The notes below the pieces were generated by a model. That model was not told the origin of the DNA. It made no database searches and saw only the letters and a list, made by a program, of their open reading frames with translations. Below are positions 25,480 to 36,460 of a DNA stretch of 64,000 bases, piece after piece. Positions within the stretch are counted from its first letter, which is position 1, and each line of letters opens with the position of its first letter. A program made the translations under genes and the position numbers. Source of the DNA: Scyliorhinus canicula (taxonomy: Eukaryota); contig NC_052175.1 of NCBI RefSeq assembly GCF_902713615.1, positions 9,713,271 through 9,777,270 on the forward strand, in the 5' to 3' direction.

Positions 25480-25905
25480 TGGACATAATGTTGGGTCCTG
25501 CGGACTGTAACAACCTAATTGAAAGATTAGATTTTGCTACTCCAGCTTGCGTTGGGCTTCATTGGGTCCTTGCAGCGGGCCAAGGACGGGCCATGACGTG
25601 TGGTCATGAGAGCAAGGTGCTGAGTTACAATGGCCGCAGCAGGAAGGCTGGGGTAATGTCTGTGGGCTGTGTGAAGGTGTTCCGCAAATCATTCACCCTG
25701 TCAGCGTTTTGTCTCCCCAAAGTAAAGGACACGGCATTAAGAGCCGCAAATACAAGAGAACAAATTGAAGGAAGCAGGAGTGAAACGCTGCTTCACCAAA
25801 AAGGAGAGTTTGCTGCCGAGAATCATGAGACGGGAGGAGGAGAAGGGGATAGTTATTGCACCATCTGCGATTGCAATGGAAGGTGTCGTGGGACGGGGAA
25901 AGTGT
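25480..25905 (-). mobile_element. Penelope-like element fragment (GIY-YIG endonuclease region)
   Basis: Manual translation gives TFHCNRRWCN..., FTPASFNLFSCICGS*CRVLYFGETKR...FAEHL and CNSAPCSH...EAQRKLE*QNLIFQLG, the typical Penelope GIY-YIG C-terminus. Confidence 0.75.
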
Positions 25906-25929
25906 GTTTTGTGTGATGAAGGAGTGGGG

Positions 25930-26462
25930 AAGGGAGGTAAGCAGGAAGTGGGTAATTATAGGCCAGTGAGCTGAACGTCGGTCGCAGGGAAGATGCTGGA
26001 ATCTATTATCAAGGAAGAATTAGCGAGGCATCTAGATGGAAATTGTCCCATTGGGCAGACGCAGCATAGGTTCATAAAGGGCAGGTCGTGCCTAACTAAT
26101 TTAGTGCAATTCTTTTAAGACATTGCCAGTGCGGTAGATAACGGGCGGCCAAAGGATGTGGTTTCTCTGGATTTTCAGAAAGCTTTTGACAAGATGCCAC
26201 GCAAAAGGTTGTTGCATGAGATAAAGATGCATGGCATTAAGGGTAAAGTAGTTGCATGGATAGACGATTGGTTAATTAATAGGAAACAACGAATGGAGAT
26301 TAATTTGTGTTTCTCTGGTTGGCAATCAGTACCTATTGGTGTCCCTCAGGGATCAGTGTTGGGCCTACAATTGCTCACAATTTACAAACATGATTTGGAG
26401 TCGGGGCCAAGTGCAATGTGTCGAGGTTTGCAGACGACACTAAGATGAGTCATAAAGTAAAA
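25930..26462 (+). mobile_element. Older CR1 RT fragment, left part (host of a nested insertion)
   Basis: NYRPVS...LDFQKAFDK...GVPQGSVLG...ADDTKMS, breaking off at aaagtaaaa. Confidence 0.85.
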
Positions 26463-27197
26463 AGCACTTTTCCAGGAGACTCATCCGGAGTGAGACTCAT
26501 ACAGAGTGGAAGATTGAAACTTGGTAATTTGGTGCAGTGAGGTAAATCAGCAAAGGTAAGTGGAAAATCTAATTCTGCTGTTTTTCAGTTAAAAGTGCAG
26601 TGTGGAGCTTAGTGTCTGATTGGTTGAAGCTGCCCCCACCCTAATTGGTGAAAGGCAGTTATCTGTCAATCACCTGAGGCCTCTTTAGGGGCACATTGTA
26701 TTATTCTCTTTGAAGTTAAGGTTTTTTTTGAGTCATCGGTTAGCTGAGGTCTGCATAAAAGACAGACAGAGAGCGCACACAGTAAGCGAGCACTTTTCAG
26801 GAGACTCATCCGGCGTGAGGCTCATACAGGATGGGAGATTGAACTTGGTAATTTGGTGCAGTGAGGGTAATCAGCAAAGGTAAGTGGAAAATCTAATTCT
26901 GCTGTTTTTCAGTTAAAAGTGCAGTGTGGAGCTTAGTGTCTGATTGGTTGAAGCTGCCCCCACCCTAATTGCGGAGAGGCAGTTATCTGTCAATCACCTG
27001 AGGCCTGTTTAGTGGCACATTGTATTATTCTCTTTGAAGTTAAGGTTTTTTTGAGTCATCGGTTAGCTGAGGTCTGTATAAAAGACAGACAGAGAGCGCA
27101 CACAGTTAAGCGAGCACTTTTCCAGGAACTCATCCGGAGTGAGGACTCATACAGAGTGGGAGATTGAAACTTGGTAATTTGGTGCAGTGAGGTAATT
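26463..27197 (+). repeat. Tandem ~325-bp 5' monomers of the CR1 (two complete plus one partial)
   Basis: Units start agcacttt at 26463, 26789 and 27113. Each full unit has ctgattgg, an AAG|GTAAGT donor-like site and a terminal CATAAAAG or TATAAAAG (26754, 27077). Confidence 0.9.
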
Positions 27198-30100
27198 CGG
27201 TTGCAGAGTGTGAAGGAGGTGCTTTTTAACCCTGGTAAGTGACTGGTAAGTAGTCTCTCTTTTCTTTTCATTGTCTAATTTATTTATTTTTATTTTGAAT
27301 TCTAGTTGTTTTAAGTTTACCAAGGGTTTAAGACATGGCAGGAGATCCCAGACCCGTGTCATGCTCCTCGTGTGCGATGTGGGAGCTCAGGGACACGTCC
27401 ACTGGTCCCTGGCTCCTTCACGTGCAAGAAGTGTGTTCAGTTGCAGCTCTTGTTTAGACCGCTTGACGGCTCTGGAGCTGCAGGATGGACTCACTTTGGA
27501 GCATCCGCGATGCTGAGGAGGTCGTGGATAGCACGTTTAGCGAGTTGGTCACACCGCAGGTGAAGGTTACTGAGGGAGATAGAAATGGGTGACCAAAAGA
27601 CAGAGCAAGAGTAGGAAGGCAGTACAGGTGTCCCCTGCGGTCATCTCCCTGCAAAACAGATATACCGCTATGGATACTGTTGAGGAAGATGGCTCACCAG
27701 GGGAAGGCAGCAGCAGCCAGGTTCATGGCACCGTGGCTGGCTCTGCGCACAGCAGGGCAGGAAGAAAAATGGCAGGGCTATAGTGATAGGGGACTCGATC
27801 GTAAGGGGAATAGACAGGCGGTTCTGTGGACGCAATCGAGACTCCAGGATGGTATGTTGCCTCCCTGGTGCAAGGGTCAAGGATGTCTCGGAGCGGCTGC
27901 AGGACATTCTGAGGGGGGGGGAGGTGTGAACAGCCAGCTGTCGTGGTGCACATAGGCACCAACGATATAGGTAAAAAACGGGATGAGGTCCTACAAGCGG
28001 AATTCAGGGAGTTAGGAGTTAAACTAAAAGTAGGACCTCAAAGGTAGTAATCTCAGGATTGCTACCAGTGCCACGAGCTAGTCAGAGTAGGAATGTCAGG
28101 ATAGATAGGATGAATGCGTGGCTCGAGAGATGGTGCAAGAGGGAGGGATTCAAATTCCTGGGGCATTGGGACCGGTTCTGTGGGGAGTGGGACCAGTACA
28201 AACCGGACGGTCTGCACTTGGGCAGGACTGGAACCGATGTCCTAGGGGGGGGGTGTTTCTAGAGCTGTTGGGAGGGTTTAAACTACTGTGGCAGGGGGAT
28301 GGGAACCAATGCTGGAAGTTGGAAGGTAGTAAAACAGGGACAGAAACAAAAGGAAGTAAGGGGAAAAGTGCAAGGCAGAGAAGACATAGTCAGAAATCCA
28401 TAAGGGCGACAGTACAAGGTACAGTGACTGAGGGGAGCACAGTGAATAGGCCCAGTAATAACAAAAGGAATAAAACTGGAGATGTTAAGATTCAAAACAG
28501 AGGTAAAAAAACCAACATAAGTGTACTTTACCTGAATGCTCGTAGTATCGGAATAAAGTAAATGAGTTGGTGGCACAAATCATCGTAAATGACTATGATT
28601 TAGTGGCCATTACTGAAACATGGTTAAAGGATGGTCACGACTGGGAGTTAAATATCCGAGGGTATCAAACTATTCGGAAGGACAGAGTGGATGGTAAGGG
28701 AGGTGGTGTTGCTCTGTTATGTTAAGGATGACATCCGGGCAATAGTAAGGGATGACATCGGTGCTATGGAGGATAAGGTTGAACCCATTTGGGTGGAAAT
28801 CAGGAATAGTAAGGCGAAAAAGTCACTGATAGGAGTAGTCTATCGGCCACCAAATAGTAACGAGATGGTGGGGCAGGCAATAAACAAAGAAATAACTGAT
28901 GCATGTAGAAATGGTACAGCAGTTATCATGGGGGATTTAATCTACATGTCGATTGGTTTAACCAGGTCGGTCAAGGCAACCGTGAGGAGGAGTTTATAGA
29001 ATGTATCCGCGATAGTTTCCTAGAACAGTATGTAATGGAACCTACGAGGGAACAAGCGGTCCTAGATCTTGTCCTGTGTAATGAGACAGGATTGATTCAT
29101 GATCTCATAGTTAGGGATCCTCTAGGAAGGAGCGATCACAATATGGTGGAATTTAAAATACAGATGGAGGGGTGAGAAAGTAAAATCAAATACTAGTGTT
29201 TTGTGTTTAAACAAAGGAGATTACAAGGGGATGAGAGAAGAACTAGCTAAGGTAGACTGGGAGCTAAGACTTTATGGTGGAACAGTTGAGTAACAGTGGA
29301 GAACCTTCCAAGCGATTTTTCACAGTGCTCAGCAAAGGTTTATACCAACAAAAAGGAAGGACGGAAGAAAGAGGGAAAATCGACCGTGGATATCTAAGGA
29401 AATAAGGGGAGAGTATCAAATGAGGAAAAAGCATATAAAGTGGCAAAGATTGCTGGGAGATTAGAGGACGGGGAATCTTTAGGGGGCAACAGAAAGCTAC
29501 TAAAAAAGCAATAAAGAAGAGTAAGATAGAGTATGAGAGTAAACTTGCTCAGAATATAAAAACAGACAGTAAAAGTTTTTACAAATATATATGACAAAAA
29601 AGAGTGGCTACGGTAAATATTGGTCCTTTAGAGGATGAGAAGGGAGTTTTAATAATGGGAAATGAGGAAATGGCTGAGGAACTGAACAGGTTTTTTGGGT
29701 CGGTCTTCACAGTGGAAGACACAAATAACATGCCAGCGACTGATAGAAATGAGGCTATGACAGGTGAGGACCTTGAGAGGATTGTTATCACTACGGAGGG
29801 AGTGATGGGCAAGCTAATGGGGCTAAAGGTAGACAAGTCTCCTGGCCCTGATGGAATGCATCCCAGAGTGCTAAAAGAGATGGCTAGGGAAATTGCAGAT
29901 GCACTAGTGATAATTTACCGAAATTCACTAGACTCTGGGGTGGTCCCGGTGGATTGGAAATTAGCAAACGTGACGCCACTGTTTAAAAAAGGAGGTAGGC
30001 AGAAAGCAGGAAATTATAGGCCAGTGAGTTTAACTTCGGTAATAGGGAAGATGCTGGAATCTATCATCAAGGAAGAAATTGCGAGGCATCTGGATAGAAA

Positions 30101-31431
30101 TTGTCCCATTGGGCAGACGCAGCATGGGTTCGTAAAGGCAGGTCATGCCTAACTAATTTAGTGAATTTTTTGAGGACATTACCAGTGCAGTAGATAACGG
30201 GGAGCCGATGGATGTGGTATATCTGGATTTCCAGAAAGCCTTTGACAAGGTGCCACACAAAAGGTTGCTGCATAAGATAAAGATGCATGGCATTAAGGGT
30301 AAAGTAGTAGGATGGATAGAGGATTGGTTAATTAATAGAAAGCAAAGAGTTGGGATAAATGGGTGTTTCTCTGGTTGGCAATCAGTAGCTAGTGGTGTCC
30401 CTCAGGGATCCGTGTTGGGCCCACAATTGTTCACAATTTACATTGATGATTTGGAGTTGGGGACCAAGGGCAATGTGTCCAAGTTTGCAGATGACACTAA
30501 GATGAGTGGTAAAGCGAAAAGTGCAGAGGATACTGGAAGTCTGCAGAGGGATTTGGATAGGTTAAGTGAATGGGCTCGGGTCTGGCAGATGGAATACAAT
30601 GTTGACAAATGTGAGGTTATCCATTTTGGTAGGAATAACAGCAAACGGGATTATTATTTAAACGATAAAATATTAAAGCATGCCGCTGTTCAGAGAGACT
30701 TGGGTGTGCTAGTGCATGAGTCACAGAAGGTTGGTTTACAAGTGCAACAGGTGATTAAGAAGGCAAATGGAATTTTGTCCTTCATTGCTAGAGGGATGGA
30801 GTTTAAGACTAGGGAGGTTATGTTGCAATTGTATAAGGTGTTAGTGCGGCCACACCTGGAGTATTGTGTTCAGTTTTGGTCTCCTTACTTGAGAAAGGAC
30901 GTACTGGCGCTGGAGGGTGTGCAGAGGAGATTCACTAGGTTAATCCCAGAGCTGAAGGGGTTGGATTATGAGGAGAGGTTGAGTAGACTGGGACTGTACT
31001 CGTTGGAATTTAGAAGGATGAGGGGGGATCTTATAGAATCATTTAAATTATGAAGGGAATAGATAGGATAGATGCGGGCAGGTTGTTTCCACTGGCGGGT
31101 GACAGCAGAACTAGGGGGCACGGCCTCAAAATAAGGGGAAGTAGATTTAGGACTGAGTTTAGGATGAACTTCTTCACCCAAAGGGTTGTGAATCTATGGA
31201 ATTCCTTGCCCAGTGAAGCAGTTGAGTCTCCTTCATTACATGTTTTTAAGGTAAAGATAGATAGATTTTGAAGAATAAAGGGATTAAGGGGTATGGTGTT
31301 CGGGCCGGAAAGTGGAGCTGAGTCCACAAAAGATCAGCCATGATCTAATTGAATGGCGGAGCAGGCTCGAGGTGCCAGATGGCCTACTCCTGCTCCTAGT
31401 TCTTCATGTTCTTATGTTCTTATGTTCTTAT
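26463..31431 (+). mobile_element. Full-length young CR1 LINE (5' monomers, ORF1, ORF2, tail)
   Basis: ORF1 ATG at 27335 (MAGDPRPVSCSSCAMW...TCKKC Zn-finger, then SGNH esterase to ~28285). ORF2 APE starts at ~28520 and RT runs to ~31270. A (TTCTTATG)n tail ends at 31431. Several 1-bp frameshifts are present. Confidence 0.95.
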
Positions 31432-32280
31432 GATACCGGAATTCTGCAGAGGGACTTGGATAGGTTAAGTGAATGGGTTAGGGTCTGGCAGATGGAATAC
31501 AATGGAGCAAAATGTGCGATTATCCATTTTGGTAGGAATTACAGCAAAAGGGATTAGTATTTATGTCGTAAATATTAAAACATACCGCTGTGCATAGAGA
31601 ACCTGAGTGTACAAGTACATGAGTCGCAAAAAGTTGGTTTACAGGTGCAACGTGTGATTAGAAGGCAAATGTAGTTTTGTCCTTCATTGCTAGAGGGATG
31701 GAGTTTAAGACTAGTTAGATTTGCTGCAATTGTTGTAAGGTGGTAGTAAGGCCACACCTGGAGTATTGTGTTCAGTTTTGGTCTCCTTATCTGAGGAGGG
31801 CGTACTAGCGATGGAGGGGCATCGAGAGTAGAGGGGGTTGGATTACGAGGAGACGTTGAGTGGGACTGGACTGTACTCGTCAGAATTCAGAAGGCTGCAG
31901 GGGGATCTTCTGGAAAGATATAAAATTATGAAGTGAATAGATAGCATAGGTGCTGGTAGTTTACTTCCACTGGGGGTGAAGCAGATCGAGGGAGCATCAC
32001 CTCAAAAGAAGGGGCAGTATATTTACGACTGAGTTTAGGAGGAACTTCTCCCAAAGAGTTGTGAATCTATGGATTCCTTGCCCAGTGAAGCAGTTGAGGT
32101 TCCTTCATTAAATGTTTTTAAGGTAAAGATAGATGTTTTTCTGAAGAATAAAGGGATTAAGGGTTATGGTGTTCTGAGCTGAGTCTACAAAAGATCAGCC
32201 ATGATCTCATTAAATGGAGGAGCAGGCTCGGGGGCCTGATGGCCGACTCCTGCTCGTAGCTCTATGTCTTTATGCTCTTA
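31432..32280 (+). mobile_element. Older CR1 RT and 3' end, right part of the interrupted host
   Basis: Resumes at gataccggaattctgcagaggg, the consensus continuation of the 26462 breakpoint, and ends in a decayed tail. Confidence 0.85.
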
Positions 32281-32470
32281 ACGCCGCATATCCAGACATA
32301 GGAGCAGCTTATTCCGCACAGCAACTAAACTCCTCAACGACTCTCCCACGAACTGATCTGTTCCATGTAAGAACATTATTCACATCGCCCTATGCTTGCT
32401 CTCGCTCATGTATTTGCTTCGTTGGGACCATTGTTTCGAGCTTTAGCCGGTCACTACTTTTGATGGACAT
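32281..32470 (+). mobile_element. Rex1/Babar-like LINE 3' end
   Basis: catatccagacataggagcagcttattcc...ctcctcaacgac is homologous to 34570-34759 plus 41280-41390. Confidence 0.55.
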
Positions 32471-32659
32471 TTGATAATGTACTCCATCGATTATTCTTCT
32501 GATGTGTTGATGCCGGAATTTGACTGGGGTGAGCACAGTGAGAAGTCTTACAGCACCAGGTTAAAGTCCAGCAGGTTGTTTCGAATCACTACCTTTTCGA
32601 GCACAGCTCGTTCCGCAGGAGAATTACGAGATGTATTAATCTTTTGTCTACGGAAGAAC

Positions 32660-33050
32660 AGTGGTTAGCACGGTTGCTTCATTGGCCCAGTGTCCCGAGT
32701 TTGATTCCCGGCTTGGGTCACTGGGCAGAATCTGCACATTCTCCCGATGTCTGCATCGGTTACCTCCAGGTGCTCCGGCCAAGATATCATTGAATGGATG
32801 AGCAGGCTCGAGGGGCCAGATGGCCTCCTCCTGCTCCTTGTTCTGATGTTCTTATTCTTTCTTCCCACAGTCCGAAGATGTGCAGTTTCGGTGGATTGGA
32901 CATGGTAAATTGCACATACTGTCCAAAAACGTGGGTGGAGTTACTGGTTTACGGGAACGGGTGTAGGTGTGCCATAAAGAGGGTGATCTTTCCAAGGTCG
33001 GTGCTCTCGATGGGACGAATGGATTAATTCTGCACTGAAAATCTATGATT
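32660..33050 (+). mobile_element. HE1-like SINE interrupted by a short CR1 tail (32780-32860)
   Basis: Head at 32660, insert gagcaggctcgaggggccagatggcctcc, then the V-core resumes at cccacagtcc. Confidence 0.7.
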
Positions 33051-33155
33051 ACATGATTCTAACAGTCAGGTTAAAAAAATGTTTTGCGTACATCGGTACA
33101 TGGGACAATAAATATGAATTAATAAATAATTTCTCCCCCCTCGCCTTTTATCAGG

Positions 33156-33503
33156 AACATAGAATCATTGAAATTACAGTGCAGGAGGAGGTAATTCGGC
33201 CCAAAGAGTCTGCACCGGGTCTTGGAAAGAGCATCCTACCCAAGGTCAACACCTCCATCCTATCCCCACAACCCCACCCAACAGTAAAGGCAATTTTGGA
33301 CACTTAAGGGCAATTTATCGTGGCCAATCCACCTAACCTGCACATCTTTGGACTGTGGGAGGAAACCGGAGCACCCGGAGGAAACCCACGCACACACGGG
33401 GAAGATGTGCAGACTCCACACAGACAGTGACCCAAGCCAGGATCGAACCTGGTACCCTGCAGCTGTGAAGCAATTGCGCTATCCAGAATGCTACCGTGCT
33501 GCC
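33156..33503 (-). mobile_element. HE1-like V-SINE
   Basis: Complete reverse-strand copy. Confidence 0.9.
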
Positions 33504-33504
33504 A

Positions 33505-33674
33505 TTGAAAATCGCTTATTGTCACGAGTAGGCTTCAATGGTTACTGTGAAAAGCCCCTAGTTGCCACATTCCGGCGCCTGTCCGGGGAGGCTGGTACGG
33601 GATTCGAACCGTGCTGCTGGCCAGCTTGGTCTGCTTTAAAAGCCAGCGATTTAGCTGAGTGAGCTAAACCAGCC
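33505..33674 (-). mobile_element. Second, short tRNA-derived SINE family
   Basis: Reverse complement reads ggctggtttagctcac (A-box-like)...ggttcgaatcccg (B-box)...ctaggggcttttcacagtaac...gaagcctactcgtgacaataa; a second copy lies at 44182. Confidence 0.75.
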
Positions 33675-33679
33675 GCTTA

Positions 33680-33870
33680 CGTGTCGGTGAAAACTGTGCC
33701 TCACCCCACCCCCATTTATCATGGACACTGGCGGTGAACTCTGTCCCTCATCTCCCCCCACCTTTTATAACGAACATTGTCGGTGAACTCTGTCTCTCAC
33801 CCCGCCCCCTTTATCAGAGACACTGTCGGTGAACTCTGTCGCTCATCACCCCTCCCACGTTCATCAGGGA
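33680..33870. repeat. ~42-bp minisatellite (ttatcagggacactgtcggtgaactctgtccctcacccc)
   Basis: About 4 units; the same unit occurs at 41790-42030 and 42940-43475. Confidence 0.85.
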
Positions 33871-33889
33871 CATTTTAGGTTCAGTCTGG

Positions 33890-34759
33890 CCTTCAACAGA
33901 TCTGCCAAAGAGTGAATCCTGTCCGGCTGCATCACAGTTTTGTGTGGCAACTGCTCGGCCCAAGATCGCAAGAAACTGCAAAGTGTGGTGAACTCAGCCA
34001 AACGCATCTTGCAAGCTTGCCTCCTGCACATTATTTATGTCTGCACCTCCCGCTTCCTCAGGAAGGCAGACAGCATTGACGGAGGCCCCTCACACCTAGA
34101 CTTTGCCTTCATCTTTTTGTTCATTCGGTTTGTTTTCACTGGAATGACGGGGGTTGAGGGGCGAACAGATGGAGGTCTACAAAAGTATGAGGGGCATAGA
34201 CAGAGTGGATACTCAGAGGTTTTTCCCCAGGTTAGAGGGGTCAATTACTAGGGGGAATAGGTTTAAGGTGCGAGGGGCAAGGTTTAAAGATGTGCGAGGC
34301 ACATTTTTTACACAGAGGGTGGGTGCCTGGAACTCGCTGCCAGAGGAGATGGTGGAAGAGGGGACGATAAAGACATTTGAGATACATCTGGACAAATACA
34401 TGAATAAGATGGGAATAGAGGGATACGCACCCAGGAAGAATAGAAGATTTTAGTTTAGTTGGGCAGGGAGGGCCGAAAGGCCTATTCCTCTGCTGTACCT
34501 TTTTTCGTTCTTTCTTTGATCTTTGTTCTAGACCTTTTAATCAGGCAGAATATACAGAGATCAGAAGATCCACACATCCAAACACAGGAGCAGCTTCATT
34601 CCCACAGCGGCAACACTCCTCAACGACGCTCCATCGGACTTCCCAAGAGCCGGTGCAGACTTGATGGGCCGAATGGCCTCCTTCTCCACTGTAAATTCTA
34701 CGACTGATCTTTTCCCTGTACGAACACTGTCCATGACTCCCTATGCTGCTCTTGCGCAT
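33890..34759 (+). mobile_element. Rex1/Babar-like LINE 3' region with an inserted CR1 tail (34135-34520); continues at 41280-41390
   Basis: ILSGCITV.CGNCSAQDRKKLQSVVNSAKRI...YVCTSRFLRKADSI is a Rex1-type RT C-terminus; the 3' UTR is split by the LTR element. Confidence 0.7.
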
Positions 34760-35354
34760 TGAAGTTAAAACTCACCACTATTATTAGAATTCCCCCATAC
34801 CAAAAAAAGGTCGATATTCTAAATGGTGAACAGGGATTCTCACTCCCTGACTCCAATGCAGGCTTCTGTGGGTGCTATTCAGGTCAAACTATCTTTTCAA
34901 GTTATCCCCCGGTATAACCCATACCTTCACCGAAGAATTTTACCTACTTACCCCTTAATAGCATTGATGTCCTGGGTCCTGCGTTATTAAGGAAGTGAAG
35001 TAAGCTAATAACCACTTTTTCAGGTTAAGTTATTTTTATTATTATATTTTTTCTTTTAAAAGCTGCAAACACTTTCTTTACAGAAAAAAAAGGTCTTGCT
35101 TCTGGCTGCTGCTGGTTGGTTGTACAGACTTTCAGGCCCACCTTGTCAATCAATTTTCTTAAAATCTGGTCTTCTGGAGTTGTATTCACTGATGAACTCG
35201 GTTGCTGTGTCCTGTCTTTCCCATGCACCGAGCTGTGAGAGCTGGCTCTGCTAGCTATCTCTAAGCTGACTCTGACTCCTGTATAAATTCTAGTCTTCCT
35301 TAGATGTATAACTGTTTAAACTCGGCTGCTTGCCTTGTCTTTCCCATGACCGAG

Positions 35355-35386
<32 letters not shown>

Positions 35387-36191
35387 TCTCCTCCCCTTCT
35401 CTCCTGTTGCTGTTGCTGTTGCTTCTGCTCCCTGGGTTTATATTCTCTTTCTAAGAGTTATTAAGTTTTAACGACTTTATTGTAAATGGGCTTGTTTCAC
35501 TTTGATAGTTTAAAAGTATCTTTGATGTAAACATTTTACGACAACTAATTATTCATTTTGGGCATATCGTCTCCTCTCAAATCTGATTTTAAAATGCTTT
35601 GGTTTCAATAGTTAACTCTTATTTCTGTGATTTCGAATCGTTTAATTTTCCAATTGTCCCCAGCTCATAACTTTGCCTTTGATTTTGACTTAAATGATGT
35701 TTCTCGTAGACAGGTCGTCTCCAATTTTCTTTTAATTGACTTGATGTTCGTAGAATTTTACACTTTAAAATTGACACCAAATTCGACTGGGCATCTTCCA
35801 TCCTTTCCAGCTGTTTACTAAGAGAGTTTATTTCAATTAAGGTGTGAAACTTTGCTTTTAGCTGTATGCTAAAATTTAACTTGGTTATGACTTGAAAGAC
35901 TTGCCTGTTTTAAACATTCGTCACTTAATGCAATTGAAACTCTCATCCATGCTTTTTCAGATGCTTCCTGAGATAGTTACATTCCATGAAGGTGTGAGCC
36001 ATTGTTTTAGCTTACCAGATGAAACCTATGTGTTTGCTAACCCTGCTTGTGATCAAGAATCTGCATTTTATAACCCTGCTCTTTGCAGCTGCTATTGACC
36101 TATTGTGGGATCTTTCCTTGTACCCTCTCAAACCAGATATTGCCAGACTTCCATGTTTCAAATGACACATTTTTCTGTATTTTCAAGAACA
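34760..36191 (-). repeat. 3' LTR (1432 bp)
   Basis: Minus strand TGTTCTTG...AACTTCA; TATAAA at 35442-35437; AATAAA at 35040-35035; internal (GA)n. Confidence 0.92.
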
Positions 36192-36218
36192 CCCCGTCTT
36201 GACATTTGAAACATAACT

Positions 36219-36460
36219 ATAGAACATAGAACATAGAACATAGAACAGTACAGCACAGAACAGGCCCTTCGGCCCTCAATGTTGTGCCGAGCAATGATCA
36301 CCCTACTCAAACCCACAAATCCACCCTATACCCGTAACCCAACAACCCCCCCCCCTTAACCTTACTTTTTAGGACACTATGGGCAATTTAGCATGGCCAA
36401 TCCACCTAACCCGCACATCTTTGGACTGTGGGAGGAAACCGGAGCACCCGGAGGAAACCC
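36219..36460 (-). mobile_element. 5'-truncated HE1-like SINE inserted next to the PPT
   Basis: Tail (atagaac)n and V-core only; head absent. Confidence 0.9.
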
